A DNA stretch of 64,000 nt from an uncultured Eubacteriales bacterium (GCA_949294555.1 CASFHP010000010.1:34191-98190), one strand, 5' to 3'. Positions 1-9,573 are shown, counted from the stretch's first letter. Notes: generated from the letters alone by a model not told the origin. Translations and numbers: made by a program.

Positions 1-780
1 TCCAATTCTTTTTAACATTTCTCCATTTTTTCCAATAATAATTCCTTTATGAGATTCTCTTAAACAATAAATTGTTGCCTCAATATCATAAATTTCTTCC
101 TGTTGTTTATTTTTTCGTAATTTCATTTTTTCTACTTCTACATAAATTCCATGTGGTACTTCATCTTGTAATAATTTCAATGCTTTTTCCCTAATTGTTT
201 CTTCTGCTAATTGCCTCATTGTTTGGTCTGTATATTCTTCTACATTATAATATGCTGGTCCTTCTTTAAGGTTCTTTTCTATCTCTTCTAATATAATTTC
301 TTTATATTTCACATTTGTAGCAGATATAGGAATAACTGCTTCAAAATCATATTCTTTTCGATAAATATCAATTAACTGCAATAAACTGTCTCTTTTTACC
401 AAATCAATTTTATTAATGATTAATATGGTTTTCTTTTTGGTTTGCTTAATTTTTTCTAAAATTAACATATCTCCCTTTCCAATATCTTCACTTGTTGCTT
501 CTATTAAAAATAAAAGAAGGTCTGCGTCAGGTATACTGGCAAAAGAAGTTTCGTTCATTGTTTCATTTAATTTGTGTTTTGGTTTGTGAATTCCTGGTGT
601 ATCTGTAAATATAATTTGTGAATGTGGTCGATTGACAATTCCTTTTATTGCTGTTCTTGTGGTTTGTACTTTATTGGCAATCGCTGCCACTTTTTCTCCT
701 ACTAATAAATTTAATAGTGTTGATTTTCCTACATTTGTTCTTCCGACTAATGTTACAAATCCTGATTTGAATTCTGCCAT
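1..780 (-). CDS. era: GTPase Era (C-terminus runs off the window start)
   Basis: Absent from the ORF track because it is open at the window edge. Hand translation from ATG at 778-780 gives MAEFKSGFVTLVGRTNVGKSTLLN (G1), DTPGIH (G3), NKID (G4), then the KH motif GIIIGKNGEMLKRI. Confidence 0.9.
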   Translation of the reverse strand, partial: MAEFKSGFVTLVGRTNVGKSTLLNLLVGEKVAAIANKVQTTRTAIKGIVNRPHSQIIFTDTPGIHKPKHKLNETMNETSFASIPDADLLLFLIEATSEDIGKGDMLILEKIKQTKKKTILIINKIDLVKRDSLLQLIDIYRKEYDFEAVIPISATNVKYKEIILEEIEKNLKEGPAYYNVEEYTDQTMRQLAEETIREKALKLLQDEVPHGIYVEVEKMKLRKNKQQEEIYDIEATIYCLRESHKGIIIGKNGEMLKRIG

Positions 781-919
781 TTTTTCTTTTTCCTTTCTTT
801 AAAGTCTGTATCTAAATATAAATTCTGTTTTCTTTATTTTGATTTCTTTTATATTATACACCATTTTTTTGCTAAATTTGTAGAAATTGTGAAAATTCTT
901 TAAAATTTATTTTTTTAGA

Positions 920-974
920 GGAGATGATTTGGGGACGGAGGTAAAATCATCGTCTCCGTCCCCAAATCATCTCC
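920..974. repeat. GGGGAC-core repeat, family A: perfect 21-bp-stem hairpin
   Basis: ggagatgatttggggacggag (920-940) is the exact reverse complement of ctccgtccccaaatcatctcc (954-974), with a 13-nt loop. The same gatgatttggggacggag core recurs at 13606-13734 and 20430-20474. Confidence 0.85.
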
Positions 975-984
975 CAAGTTGTCA

Positions 985-1018
985 AACAAACACCACGTGC
1001 AAAAGCGTGGTGTTTGTT
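985..1018. terminator. 13-bp-stem hairpin between the ABC exporter operon and era (possible intrinsic terminator)
   Basis: aacaaacaccacg (985-997) pairs with cgtggtgtttgtt (1006-1018). The flanks are T-rich, and it lies downstream of the minus-strand exporter operon. Confidence 0.4.
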
Positions 1019-1049
1019 GAATTTTCTATTTTTGTATATCATTTTTCCA

Positions 1050-1085
1050 AAAATGTCTCAAAAGGAAACGTCCCCAATTGGACAC
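1050..1085 (+). repeat. GGGGAC-core repeat, family B copy 1 (36 nt, identical to 10608-10643)
   Basis: aaaatgtctcaaaaggaaacgtccccaattggacac. It lies 9 nt downstream of the stop of CDS 1095-2957 (minus). Confidence 0.9.
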
Positions 1086-1094
1086 AATTGAACA

Positions 1095-2957
1095 TTAGTC
1101 AATCTCAATTGCACCAGTATATAAGCCATAGTAAGTTCCTTTTTGTGCAATTAATTCATTATGATTTCCTCTTTCAATAATTCTTCCATGGTCTAATACC
1201 ATAATTAAATCAGAGTTTTTTATTGTAGAAAGTCTATGTGCAATAACAAACACGGTTCTTCCCTTCATTAATTTATCCATTCCTTCTTGAACAATTTTTT
1301 CTGTTCTTGTATCAATACTTGATGTTGCTTCATCTAAGATTAATACTGGCGGATTATTTAATGCGGCTCTTGCAATTGATAATAATTGTCTTTGTCCTTG
1401 TGATAAACCTTCTCCATTTCCAGTAATCATCGTATCATATCCCTGTGGCAAATGTTTAATAAATTTATCTGCATTTGATAATTTTGCTGCTGCCTCAACT
1501 TCTTCATCTGTTGCATCTAATTTTCCATAACGAATGTTATCCCTGATAGTTCCTGTAAACAAGCTGGTATCTTGAAGCACCATTCCTAATGATCTTCTTA
1601 AATCATCTTTCTTAATTTTTCTGATGTTAATTCTATCATAACGAATCTTTCCATCTTGAATATCATAAAATCTGTTGATTAGGTTTGTGATTGTGGTTTT
1701 TCCTGCTCCTGTTGCTCCAACAAATGATACTTTTTGACCTTCTTTTGCTACTAAGCTAATATCATGTAAAATTCGTTTTTTTGGTTCATATCCAAATTGT
1801 ACATTTTCAAATTCTACTTGACCACGAAGTCTTGTATAGGTAATTCTGCCATCTTTATGAGGATGTTTCCATGCCCACATTCCTGTTCTTTCTTCTGTTT
1901 CTACAATTTTTCCATTTTCCATTTTAGCATTAACCAATGTTACATATCCTTCGTCAACCTCTTCTTCTTGGTCAATTAAATCAAAGATTCTTTCAGCACC
2001 TGCTAATGCCATAATAATAGAGTTCATTTGTTGAGAAACTTGACCTAATGGATTTGTAAAAGCTTTTACATATTGTAAAAAGGCTGCAATACTGCCAATT
2101 GTCAAGATTCCATTAACAGATAAGATACCACCAATAACAGCAACTAATACATATCCTAAATTTCCTATATTCATGATACATGGCATTAAGATGTTTGCAT
2201 ACATATTGGCTTTTGTCATACTGTCACATAATTGTTCATTTAAGTCATCAAATTTTGCTTTTGAATCTTCTTCATAATTAAATACTTTGACAACTTTTTG
2301 TCCTTCCATCATTTCTTCAATATATCCATTAACTTTTCCGATATCTTCTTGTTGTTTAACAAAAAATCTTGAACTGTTTCCACCTAAATATCTTGATACA
2401 AATACCATTAATATGACCATTGCTAATACAACAAGTGTTAAATAAATGTTGGTTGCAAGCATAGCAATTAATACAGCTACCATAGAAACACAAGCTGAAA
2501 ATACTTGAGGAATACTTTGGCTAAGCATTTGTCTTAAGGTATCAACATCATTTGTATAGGTACTCATGATATCTCCATGTGTTCTGCTATCAAAATATCT
2601 GATTGGTAATTTTTGCATATGATTAAACATTTGCTTACGAATTTTGTTTAAAACACCTTGTGATATATTAACCATTAATCGGTTATATGTGAATGTACAA
2701 ACCACACCTACTAAATAGATAACTGCCATTATCATAATCACATTTAATAATCTTGTATAATCTGGAGACTGACTTCCTAAAAGTGGTGTGATGAAATCAT
2801 CGATTAAGTATTTGATAAATTGTGTTCCAATAACACCAACTAAAGCACTGATAATGATACTAACTAATACAACTGCTAATTGTAATTTATATCCTTCTGT
2901 TACATATTTTAATAATCTTTTAATTGTCTTTCTTTTCTTTCCTTTGGTTTTAGGCAT
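1095..2957 (-). CDS. ABC exporter, fused permease/ATPase subunit (ABCB-type multidrug/lipid exporter half)
   Basis: 620 aa with an N-terminal 6-TM region. Motifs: Walker A GATGAGKTT, signature LSQGQRQ, Walker B LILDEATS. Overlaps the upstream partner by 8 nt. Confidence 0.9.
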   Translation of the reverse strand: MPKTKGKKRKTIKRLLKYVTEGYKLQLAVVLVSIIISALVGVIGTQFIKYLIDDFITPLLGSQSPDYTRLLNVIMIMAVIYLVGVVCTFTYNRLMVNISQGVLNKIRKQMFNHMQKLPIRYFDSRTHGDIMSTYTNDVDTLRQMLSQSIPQVFSACVSMVAVLIAMLATNIYLTLVVLAMVILMVFVSRYLGGNSSRFFVKQQEDIGKVNGYIEEMMEGQKVVKVFNYEEDSKAKFDDLNEQLCDSMTKANMYANILMPCIMNIGNLGYVLVAVIGGILSVNGILTIGSIAAFLQYVKAFTNPLGQVSQQMNSIIMALAGAERIFDLIDQEEEVDEGYVTLVNAKMENGKIVETEERTGMWAWKHPHKDGRITYTRLRGQVEFENVQFGYEPKKRILHDISLVAKEGQKVSFVGATGAGKTTITNLINRFYDIQDGKIRYDRINIRKIKKDDLRRSLGMVLQDTSLFTGTIRDNIRYGKLDATDEEVEAAAKLSNADKFIKHLPQGYDTMITGNGEGLSQGQRQLLSIARAALNNPPVLILDEATSSIDTRTEKIVQEGMDKLMKGRTVFVIAHRLSTIKNSDLIMVLDHGRIIERGNHNELIAQKGTYYGLYTGAIEID

Positions 2958-4689
2958 CTTCGTCTCCTCCTTTCATCTGTGATTCATATACTTCTCTATA
3001 AATTGCATTTGTTTTTAACAATTCTTCTGATGTTCCAATTCCATCTATTTTTCCTTCATTTAAAACAATAATTTTATCTGCATCTTCTACTGAAGAAACT
3101 CTTTGTGCAATAATGATTTTCGTTGTATTTGGAATTTCTTCTCTAAAAGCTTTTCTAATTAATGCGTCTGTTTTTGTATCTACCGCACTTGTTGAATCAT
3201 CTAGAATTAATATTTTTGGTTTCTTTAACATTGCTCTTGCAATACAAATTCTTTGTTTTTGTCCACCTGAAACATTTGTACCACCTTGGTCTAGTACAGT
3301 TTCATATTTACTTGGGAATTCTTTAATAAATCCATCTGCTTGTGCTAATTTACATGCTTCTTCCAAATCTTCTTGGTCTGCTTCTTTATCTCCCCATCTT
3401 AAGTTTTCTGCAATGGTCCCAGAGAATAAGACATTTTTTTGTAATACCATGGCTACAGCATCTCTTAAGGCATGTATTTCATAGTCTTTAACATCAACAC
3501 CGCCTACTTTAATACTTCCTTTTGTCACATCATATAGCCTTGGAATTAATTGCACAAGTGTTGACTTTGAACTTCCTGTTCCACCAATAATTCCAATGGT
3601 TTCTCCGGCCTTAATATCCAAATTGATATTTTCCAGAGCAAACTTATCGTCTTTTTGTTCATCACTATATTGGAAACTTACATTTTCAAATTTGATAGAA
3701 CCATCCTTTACTTCTGTTACTGGATTTTCTTTATCCTTTATGGTTGGTTCCTCATCAATGACTTCAATAATTCTTTCTGCTGATGATTGTGCCATGATAA
3801 TCATAACAAATACAAAAGATAACATCATTAAGCTTGCAAGAATTTGCCATGCATATGTAATAATACTTGATAATTGTCCTGTTTGCATTTCTCCACCAAC
3901 AATTAATTGTGTACCAATCCATGAAATTAATAAAATACAGGTATAAATGGTAAATTGCATAACTGGTCCGTTAAATGCAACAATTTTTTCTGCTTTTTTG
4001 AAGTTTTCATATACTTCATCATTGACTTCTTTAAATTTCTTTTCTTCAAAAGATTCTCTGACATAGGCTTTTACAACTCTAATTGCTGATACATTTTCTT
4101 GAACCACTCTATTTAATTTATCATATTTTTTAAATACTCTTTCGAAGTTAGGATGTGCTTTTATCGCTATATAGAATAAAATAGCTCCTAAAACTGGTAT
4201 TGCCACAAAAAAGACGGCTGATAATTTCATACTGATAGACATAACCATTAATAAAGCAAATATCATCATAATTGGTCCTCTCACCAAAATCCTAATAATC
4301 ATTTGGAATGCCATTTGCACATTGGTAACATCTGTTGTCATACGTGTCACTAAACTTGATGTTGAAAATTTATCTATATTTTCAAAAGAATAGTCTTGCA
4401 CTTTATGAAACATGGCTTTTCTTAAATTTTTCGCATACCCTGCTGAGGCTTTTGCTGCAAATCTTCCAGATAACATTCCAAAGGTTAAAGATAATATGGC
4501 TGAAACAATCAATAAAATTCCCATTTCTAGAATATAGTGAATATCTCCATTTTGGATTCCCACATCTATAATTCTAGCCATTAATAGAGGAATAATAACC
4601 TCCATAACCACTTCTAAAACAACAAAAATTGGTGTTAATATGGTATCTTTTTTAAATTCCTTTATATAACTTGCTAATTTTTTTAACAT
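2950..4689 (-). CDS. ABC exporter, fused permease/ATPase subunit (heterodimer partner)
   Basis: 579 aa. Motifs: Walker A GGTGSSKST, signature VSGGQKQR, Walker B ILILDDSTS. Overlaps the MarR gene stop by 7 nt. Confidence 0.9.
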   Translation of the reverse strand: MLKKLASYIKEFKKDTILTPIFVVLEVVMEVIIPLLMARIIDVGIQNGDIHYILEMGILLIVSAILSLTFGMLSGRFAAKASAGYAKNLRKAMFHKVQDYSFENIDKFSTSSLVTRMTTDVTNVQMAFQMIIRILVRGPIMMIFALLMVMSISMKLSAVFFVAIPVLGAILFYIAIKAHPNFERVFKKYDKLNRVVQENVSAIRVVKAYVRESFEEKKFKEVNDEVYENFKKAEKIVAFNGPVMQFTIYTCILLISWIGTQLIVGGEMQTGQLSSIITYAWQILASLMMLSFVFVMIIMAQSSAERIIEVIDEEPTIKDKENPVTEVKDGSIKFENVSFQYSDEQKDDKFALENINLDIKAGETIGIIGGTGSSKSTLVQLIPRLYDVTKGSIKVGGVDVKDYEIHALRDAVAMVLQKNVLFSGTIAENLRWGDKEADQEDLEEACKLAQADGFIKEFPSKYETVLDQGGTNVSGGQKQRICIARAMLKKPKILILDDSTSAVDTKTDALIRKAFREEIPNTTKIIIAQRVSSVEDADKIIVLNEGKIDGIGTSEELLKTNAIYREVYESQMKGGDEDA

Positions 4690-5156
4690 ATTTCTCTCCT
4701 TTCTTTGTGATTGTATTTTTCTTTTTTACAATTTTCTAAATTGTTTGATGCTTTTTTTAATAGCTCTAAAAATTGCTTTTGTTCTTCTTTGGTCATTTCA
4801 CTTACAATATTTTTTTCTTCTATGTTTATTTGTCTTTTTACAACTGCTTTTATTTCTAATGCTTTTGGTGTTAATACAATGCTTTTCAATCGGCAATCAC
4901 CTTTTTTAGCTTTTCTTTCAATTAATCCATTTGTTTCCATTAATTGAATAATTCCAGCGACCGTTGCTTTTCTCATATCAAATTCCTCTTCAATATCTTT
5001 AGCAAATACTTCTCCTTTTTTGGATTTTTTATAAATATATCCTATGACCATAGATTGTACACCTGTGACATTATATTTGCTTAATGTTTCATCCATATTT
5101 CTTTTTAATTGTCTTGAAACAATTTGAATGTATTTTCCAATTTCATGTTTTTCCAT
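4683..5156 (-). CDS. MarR-family transcriptional regulator
   Basis: Winged-helix-like core (VTGVQSMVIGYIY...ATVAGIIQLMETNGLIERK). Start moved to the internal ATG at 5154-5156, which has an aaagaggtg SD. The track start at 5216 falls inside the promoter. Confidence 0.8.
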   Translation of the reverse strand: MEKHEIGKYIQIVSRQLKRNMDETLSKYNVTGVQSMVIGYIYKKSKKGEVFAKDIEEEFDMRKATVAGIIQLMETNGLIERKAKKGDCRLKSIVLTPKALEIKAVVKRQINIEEKNIVSEMTKEEQKQFLELLKKASNNLENCKKEKYNHKERREIC

Positions 5157-5169
5157 ATTTACACCTCTT

Positions 5170-5216
5170 TTAGTTCGTGACCTAACTATTTTAATACCAT
5201 ATATTTTATTTGTCAA
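5170..5216 (-). promoter_or_regulatory. Promoter of the marR-ABC operon with a palindromic candidate operator
   Basis: On the minus strand: TTGACA (5211-5216), 17-nt spacer, TAAAAT (5188-5193). Immediately downstream is an inverted repeat TAGTT-N9-AACTA (5170-5188). Confidence 0.5.
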
Positions 5217-5228
5217 GTGGTTTATTTC

Positions 5229-5256
5229 AAAAAAATTAGGGATTAAAATATCCCTT
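5229..5256 (-). terminator. Intrinsic terminator after the integrase gene
   Basis: Minus-sense AGGGAU-AUUUUA-AUCCCU hairpin followed by AAUUUUUUU. Confidence 0.5.
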
Positions 5257-5271
5257 CTTTTACTTACTTTT

Positions 5272-6204
5272 TTAAAGCTTCTCTAAAAATTTCTTTTTCA
5301 TCTCATAAGATGAATGAACATAACGATTTAATGTAACATCCACACTGGCATGCCCTAAAATTTCACTGAGTGATTTTATATCCATTCCTACTTTTATACA
5401 ATTGGTTGCAAATGTATGTCTTAACACATGAAAATTATATTCCTTTACTTTACTAGCTTTCAAAATTCTTTTAAACATATTTTGATAACTTCTTGGTTCA
5501 ATATATTGTTCTTTCGACCCTGTTAAAAAAAAAACTTCTTCGCCTTGTTTTTTATACAAATCTTTTAATATATGATAAATCTTATCTGACATGGGTATGG
5601 CTCTTATGGAAGATTCTGTTTTACTACTATCTATAATAACTTCTGTTTTCTTTTCGATTGTATATACTCTCTGTAAGGTTTTCTTTATATTAATTAATTT
5701 CTTTTCAAAGTCTATATTTCCCCACTTTAATGCACAAATTTCTCCTATTCGCAATCCTGTATTTAAACAAATCAGTATGCCTATACTTTTTAAACTATTT
5801 TCTTTTAAACAATATTTTTCTAATCTATTAATCTCCTTCTTTGATAACACACTAATTTCTTTTGCGTGCACTTTTGGCGAAATAATCAAATCCAAATGTA
5901 TATTCATGTCATATTTTTGATTGGCATATTTTAAAATTGATTTCAAAACATTCAGTATTTCTTTTACTGATTTTGGGGATAATTCTTTTGTTAAATCATT
6001 TGTCATTTGATTAAAATCGTATTTTTCTAAGTCTTTTTTTCTTAGTCTTCCTATTCTATCTTTTAAATATTTATCTATGCAATATGCATATTTATAATAT
6101 GTAGATTGTTTGATTGTTGTCTTCTTTAAAGCTAACCATTCTACTGAAAGTTCTTCAAATCGAATGGTATTGCTTCTACTTCTTAATTTATCTAATATCC
6201 ACAT
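5272..6204 (-). CDS. Tyrosine site-specific recombinase (phage-integrase family)
   Basis: 310 aa. C-terminal catalytic region GLRIGEICALKW ... HVLRHTFATNCI ... LGHASVDVTLNRYVH (R, HxxR, H/Y residues). Confidence 0.85.
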   Translation of the reverse strand: MWILDKLRSRSNTIRFEELSVEWLALKKTTIKQSTYYKYAYCIDKYLKDRIGRLRKKDLEKYDFNQMTNDLTKELSPKSVKEILNVLKSILKYANQKYDMNIHLDLIISPKVHAKEISVLSKKEINRLEKYCLKENSLKSIGILICLNTGLRIGEICALKWGNIDFEKKLINIKKTLQRVYTIEKKTEVIIDSSKTESSIRAIPMSDKIYHILKDLYKKQGEEVFFLTGSKEQYIEPRSYQNMFKRILKASKVKEYNFHVLRHTFATNCIKVGMDIKSLSEILGHASVDVTLNRYVHSSYEMKKKFLEKL

Positions 6205-6504
6205 ATCTCCTCCCTTCCTATCCCATAGTAAACTATATCACTTTTTTACCTTTTTTATCAATCTAACAGTTGGTTATACATAAATTTATGGAAATAACCG
6301 TAGTATTTATACATTGGAAAGGATGTTGGGAAATTTATTGTGTGGATTTTTAAAATTTCTCTTCTACATTTCACAAAGTGAAACTATGATATTTTGTATG
6401 TTTTCTTTGGTTTTGGGTTGTATTTTTTTATTTATATTTTTAAAAGATGGGAAAGTATATATTTTCAAATTACGAATTAGCAATAGCAATAGCAGTAGTT
6501 TATT

Positions 6505-6533
6505 TTGATTATTATGTTAATTTGTGGTATAAT
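6505..6533 (+). promoter_or_regulatory. Consensus sigma-A-type promoter for CDS 6580-7188
   Basis: TTGATT (6505-6510), 17-nt spacer ending in TGg, TATAAT (6528-6533). An aaaggagg SD precedes the ATG at 6580. Confidence 0.6.
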
Positions 6534-6579
6534 AAAGATGTAACTAAAATTGGTTTTTTTATAAAAAGGAGGAAAACAG

Positions 6580-7188
6580 ATGCAAAAATTATTCAAAACC
6601 AAAAAGGAACGGCTGTTATTATTGGGATTAATTCTTTTAATAATTGGCAGCACGATGTTGCTCGTGGCAACACTCTTAAACAAGAAAAATATTGAGCAGG
6701 AGCTCAAAAATGGAGATTTGTCTCCTGCGCAGGAAGCTTATGAGTACCTGCTCAAAAATGGAGACCTGTCTCCAGAACAGTCAGTTGGTATTGTTGCCAA
6801 TATTCGGCAACAGTCCAATTTTGACACATCTGTCCATGAGGGAGAGTTCCCCTCAACAGGACTAATGTGTTGGACAATGGCTCGTGAAGAGCAATTGTCC
6901 GAGTTCGCAAAGGAGCGTGGAGAAGAAGTCACAAACTTCTATCTCCAACTGGACTTTATTCTGGAAGAGTTAAAAGACTCTTCAGAATACGCCAATTTTC
7001 AGCTGGCTAACTATCATGGTTACACAGTTGAAGATTGGAATGAAGCCCAATCTTCTGAAGAGGCTGCCTTAGCCTTTGCATATTTATATGTACGGCCAGG
7101 GCACCTCAACGAGACAACTCTTAGGGACTTGGCAGCAGAACTTTCTGCTGAGGTCCCTCAATCCTCAAAAGGCAGTCAAGTTCTTTGA
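6580..7188 (+). CDS. Membrane-anchored/secreted protein with a lysozyme-like (phage-tail-lysozyme-type) domain; GC-richer than its surroundings
   Basis: 202 aa with an N-terminal TM helix (LLLLGLILLIIGSTMLLVATLL). Segment GIVANIRQQSNFD...GLMCWT...LDFILEEL resembles the GIxGNxxxESxF lysozyme-like motif (recalled, not searched). A 69-nt sample counted by hand is about 49% G+C. Contains an internal duplication LKNGDLSP(A/E)Q. Confidence 0.5.
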   Translation: MQKLFKTKKERLLLLGLILLIIGSTMLLVATLLNKKNIEQELKNGDLSPAQEAYEYLLKNGDLSPEQSVGIVANIRQQSNFDTSVHEGEFPSTGLMCWTMAREEQLSEFAKERGEEVTNFYLQLDFILEELKDSSEYANFQLANYHGYTVEDWNEAQSSEEAALAFAYLYVRPGHLNETTLRDLAAELSAEVPQSSKGSQVL

Positions 7189-7203
7189 CTGCCTTTTGTT
7201 TTC
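7167..7203 (+). terminator. Intrinsic terminator overlapping the stop codon of 6580-7188
   Basis: aaaaggcagtcaa / ttgactgcctttt stem followed by gttttc. Confidence 0.75.
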
Positions 7204-7222
7204 TTATGCATTAATAAAAATG

Positions 7223-7405
7223 TTCAGTGTTTAATTTCTGGAAGGTATATATATTATATTTTAAGCGGATTTCGGGGGGACCGACACGCTACATACTCTT
7301 ATTAAATCAGCGATAGTCCCATGGGAGCTGATTTAGTTAGAGTATGTAAAGTGTTGGGATAGCGAAAAATATAATATATATACCTTACAGAAATTAAATA
7401 CTGAA
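7223..7405. repeat. 183-bp imperfect palindrome (MITE-like or structured element) P1
   Basis: Outer arms of about 38 nt, ttcagtgtttaatttctggaaggtatatatattatatttt vs aaaatataatatatataccttacagaaattaaatactgaa, with 2 mismatches. Inner arms are ctacatactcttattaaatcagc / gctgatttagttagagtatgta. The apex is the palindrome tcccatggga. Confidence 0.8.
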
Positions 7406-7445
7406 TCGTAACAAAAAATCTTGTATTGTTCTAGCAATTATACAA

Positions 7446-7490
7446 AATTCGACATTTTTGAGACAATTCTCAACCTGTCCCCAATTGTCT
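7446..7490 (-). repeat. GGGGAC-core repeat, family C copy (overlaps the stop of 7489-8052)
   Basis: aattcgacatttttgagacaattctcaacctgtccccaattgtct. It is homologous to 41646-41691 and to the arms of 27844-27957. Confidence 0.8.
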
Positions 7491-8052
7491 ACATATGAAA
7501 TTTTCTGATAATTGCTTCTTTAACATCTCTTGCGGAAAGTATTATGGTTAAAATAAAATTTACAATCGATATTCCTATTGCCACATAACTTAAAACATAA
7601 TTGTCTATCATCCCTTTTTGCATAAAATAAATAGGAATTAAGCTGTATATGCAAATAACTAATTGATATATGGCATATCGCATATATTTTCTATGGCTAA
7701 CAATAGTTAATACAAGCATGGTGACATTGGCTATTATAATAATGATAGGAATTGAGATTTCCAAAGACCAGCCTCCAAATCCTAAGTTATAATCTATGTA
7801 AACCGTTAATAGTGAAATGGCAATGGCTTGTATCATGACATGTCCTGCAATATTGGTTCTTTTGTCTATAGAATATTTTGCTGTTATCCACGCATATAAT
7901 ATGCCACTATTGGCAAGTGCTGCCCAATGAATTTCTGGTGTGGTTAATTTGTTGATGATGGTTAATATAATGGCAATTCCTACAGATACACCTAACAAAA
8001 TTTTTATTAACAAATTCCTTTTTTTACTATTTAATTTTTTCGGATATAGCAT
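7489..8052 (-). CDS. Polytopic membrane protein of unknown function (DUF6320-like, recalled)
   Basis: 187 aa with about 5 hydrophobic helices. It lies downstream of the HxxxD acyltransferase, as I recall for DUF6320 proteins in Clostridia. Confidence 0.45.
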   Translation of the reverse strand: MLYPKKLNSKKRNLLIKILLGVSVGIAIILTIINKLTTPEIHWAALANSGILYAWITAKYSIDKRTNIAGHVMIQAIAISLLTVYIDYNLGFGGWSLEISIPIIIIIANVTMLVLTIVSHRKYMRYAIYQLVICIYSLIPIYFMQKGMIDNYVLSYVAIGISIVNFILTIILSARDVKEAIIRKFHM

Positions 8053-8200
8053 TTATTTTTCCTTTCCGATTTGTTATCTTTCTCTTTTTTTTTCTTTTTA
8101 TTTTTTTTATTCTTTTTTATTGCTTTTATTGTGTTGACATATATGTATTTTATTTCAAATGAAGTTCGCCACTGCGCAACGCCAAAATTGTAATTATTTT

Positions 8201-9490
8201 TCAACCTTTACTATCCATGTCTAAAATTTCATTACTTTCAATGGTTACCTTTATATTCTTTTCTGTTAAAAATTTATAAAATTCTTTTTCAATACTACAA
8301 TCATCTAAAATAGAAGTAAATGTAAAGACAATATGGTTTTCAAATGAACACGCTGAACATTTTATTTTTTCAACTGGTTCTGGTGCAATTAGCATTAAAA
8401 AGTCTTCTATGTATTTTTGATATTTACCAATAATACCTATTCTTCCTATGTTTGAAAATGTGGTCGTGGTATATTTTCTAATTTCCAAATAACTTAATCG
8501 AACAATTGGCTTTTTTAATACCAATGGAATTACCTTTATAAATGGATTAGTTCCTAACTTTACATTTCCAGACATTGTTTTTTGTATTTCTTCTGGTGTT
8601 AATTTTTTGGCAAAATCTTTTTTTACAAATTCTAATATCTTTTCAAATGTATCTAATGTATCTTTTTTCATGTCTGCTTCTACAGTTATATAAGAAAAGA
8701 AATTAGAAATTGTATTTGAAGGAAAGTATTTTTTTAAATTTACTGGTATACAAACTTTTATTGGTCTTTTTCCTTTATTTTTTAAATAATTTGCTTGATA
8801 AATTGCATAAATTAATACTGCTGTTAAGTATTGGGTAATGGTTGCTTCCTGTTTCTTTGCCTCTTCTTTTAATGCTGGTAAATCTATCATTTCATGTATA
8901 GCAGAAATCGCTCCAAATTTGATTTTTCTTCCCGCCAATTTATATGCTTTTCTATTAGAGTTATTACCTTTTGCTTTTTTGTTATAATTTTTGATATAAC
9001 TATCTTCTGCTGACAAGTCAAATTTTCTCTTAATTCTTAATTCTTCTTGAAATTCCTCTTTATGTGCCAATTCTATATAATTATATACAATCTCTCTAAA
9101 AAACATAACCCCGCTATTTCCATCTGTTAAAGAATGAAATATATCAATATTGATTTTTCTGTCAAAATAGGTAACTTTGAATAAATAATTGTTATTTTCT
9201 TTTGGTTCAATGTATTTACAAGGATAGTCTTTCTCCTCTTCTACAATTGGCTTTTTGGGATTATATTCTAAATAGTTCCAAAAAAATCCATTCTTTAATC
9301 TTACTCTAAAAAATTCATATTGCTCTAATGCTTTTTCTACTGCTACTGTTAAAATCTCAGGTTGAATGGTTTCTGTTAAGAGAGCAGATAATCGAAAAAC
9401 TGTACTATATTTTTTTCCAGCAGATATGGGAAATATTTTGGCAGAATTATCTAATCTTCTCCAATATATCTTTTCTTTTTTATCATTCAT
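8201..9490 (-). CDS. Condensation-domain-like / alcohol-acetyltransferase-like acyltransferase (HxxxD)
   Basis: 429 aa. Catalytic-type motif IFHSLTDGNSG (HxxxDG). Confidence 0.6.
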   Translation of the reverse strand: MNDKKEKIYWRRLDNSAKIFPISAGKKYSTVFRLSALLTETIQPEILTVAVEKALEQYEFFRVRLKNGFFWNYLEYNPKKPIVEEEKDYPCKYIEPKENNNYLFKVTYFDRKINIDIFHSLTDGNSGVMFFREIVYNYIELAHKEEFQEELRIKRKFDLSAEDSYIKNYNKKAKGNNSNRKAYKLAGRKIKFGAISAIHEMIDLPALKEEAKKQEATITQYLTAVLIYAIYQANYLKNKGKRPIKVCIPVNLKKYFPSNTISNFFSYITVEADMKKDTLDTFEKILEFVKKDFAKKLTPEEIQKTMSGNVKLGTNPFIKVIPLVLKKPIVRLSYLEIRKYTTTTFSNIGRIGIIGKYQKYIEDFLMLIAPEPVEKIKCSACSFENHIVFTFTSILDDCSIEKEFYKFLTEKNIKVTIESNEILDMDSKG

Positions 9491-9573
9491 AAAATGACAT
9501 TCCTTGTATAATATATTTAGGTTTTTAAAAGGTTACCCATAAACCTTTATAGTCAATTATATCTTGACCAAAT

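Noticed and set aside
929-1180. 83-aa plus-strand ORF from the track
   Set aside because: It is made entirely of the family A hairpin, a terminator-like hairpin, the family B repeat and the antisense 3' end of the ABC exporter gene. It has no SD and its composition is low complexity.
5272-7490. Complete prophage or ICE
   Set aside because: Only an integrase and one lysozyme-like gene are present. There are no capsid, tail, terminase, replication or conjugation genes, so at most it is a remnant or mini-island.
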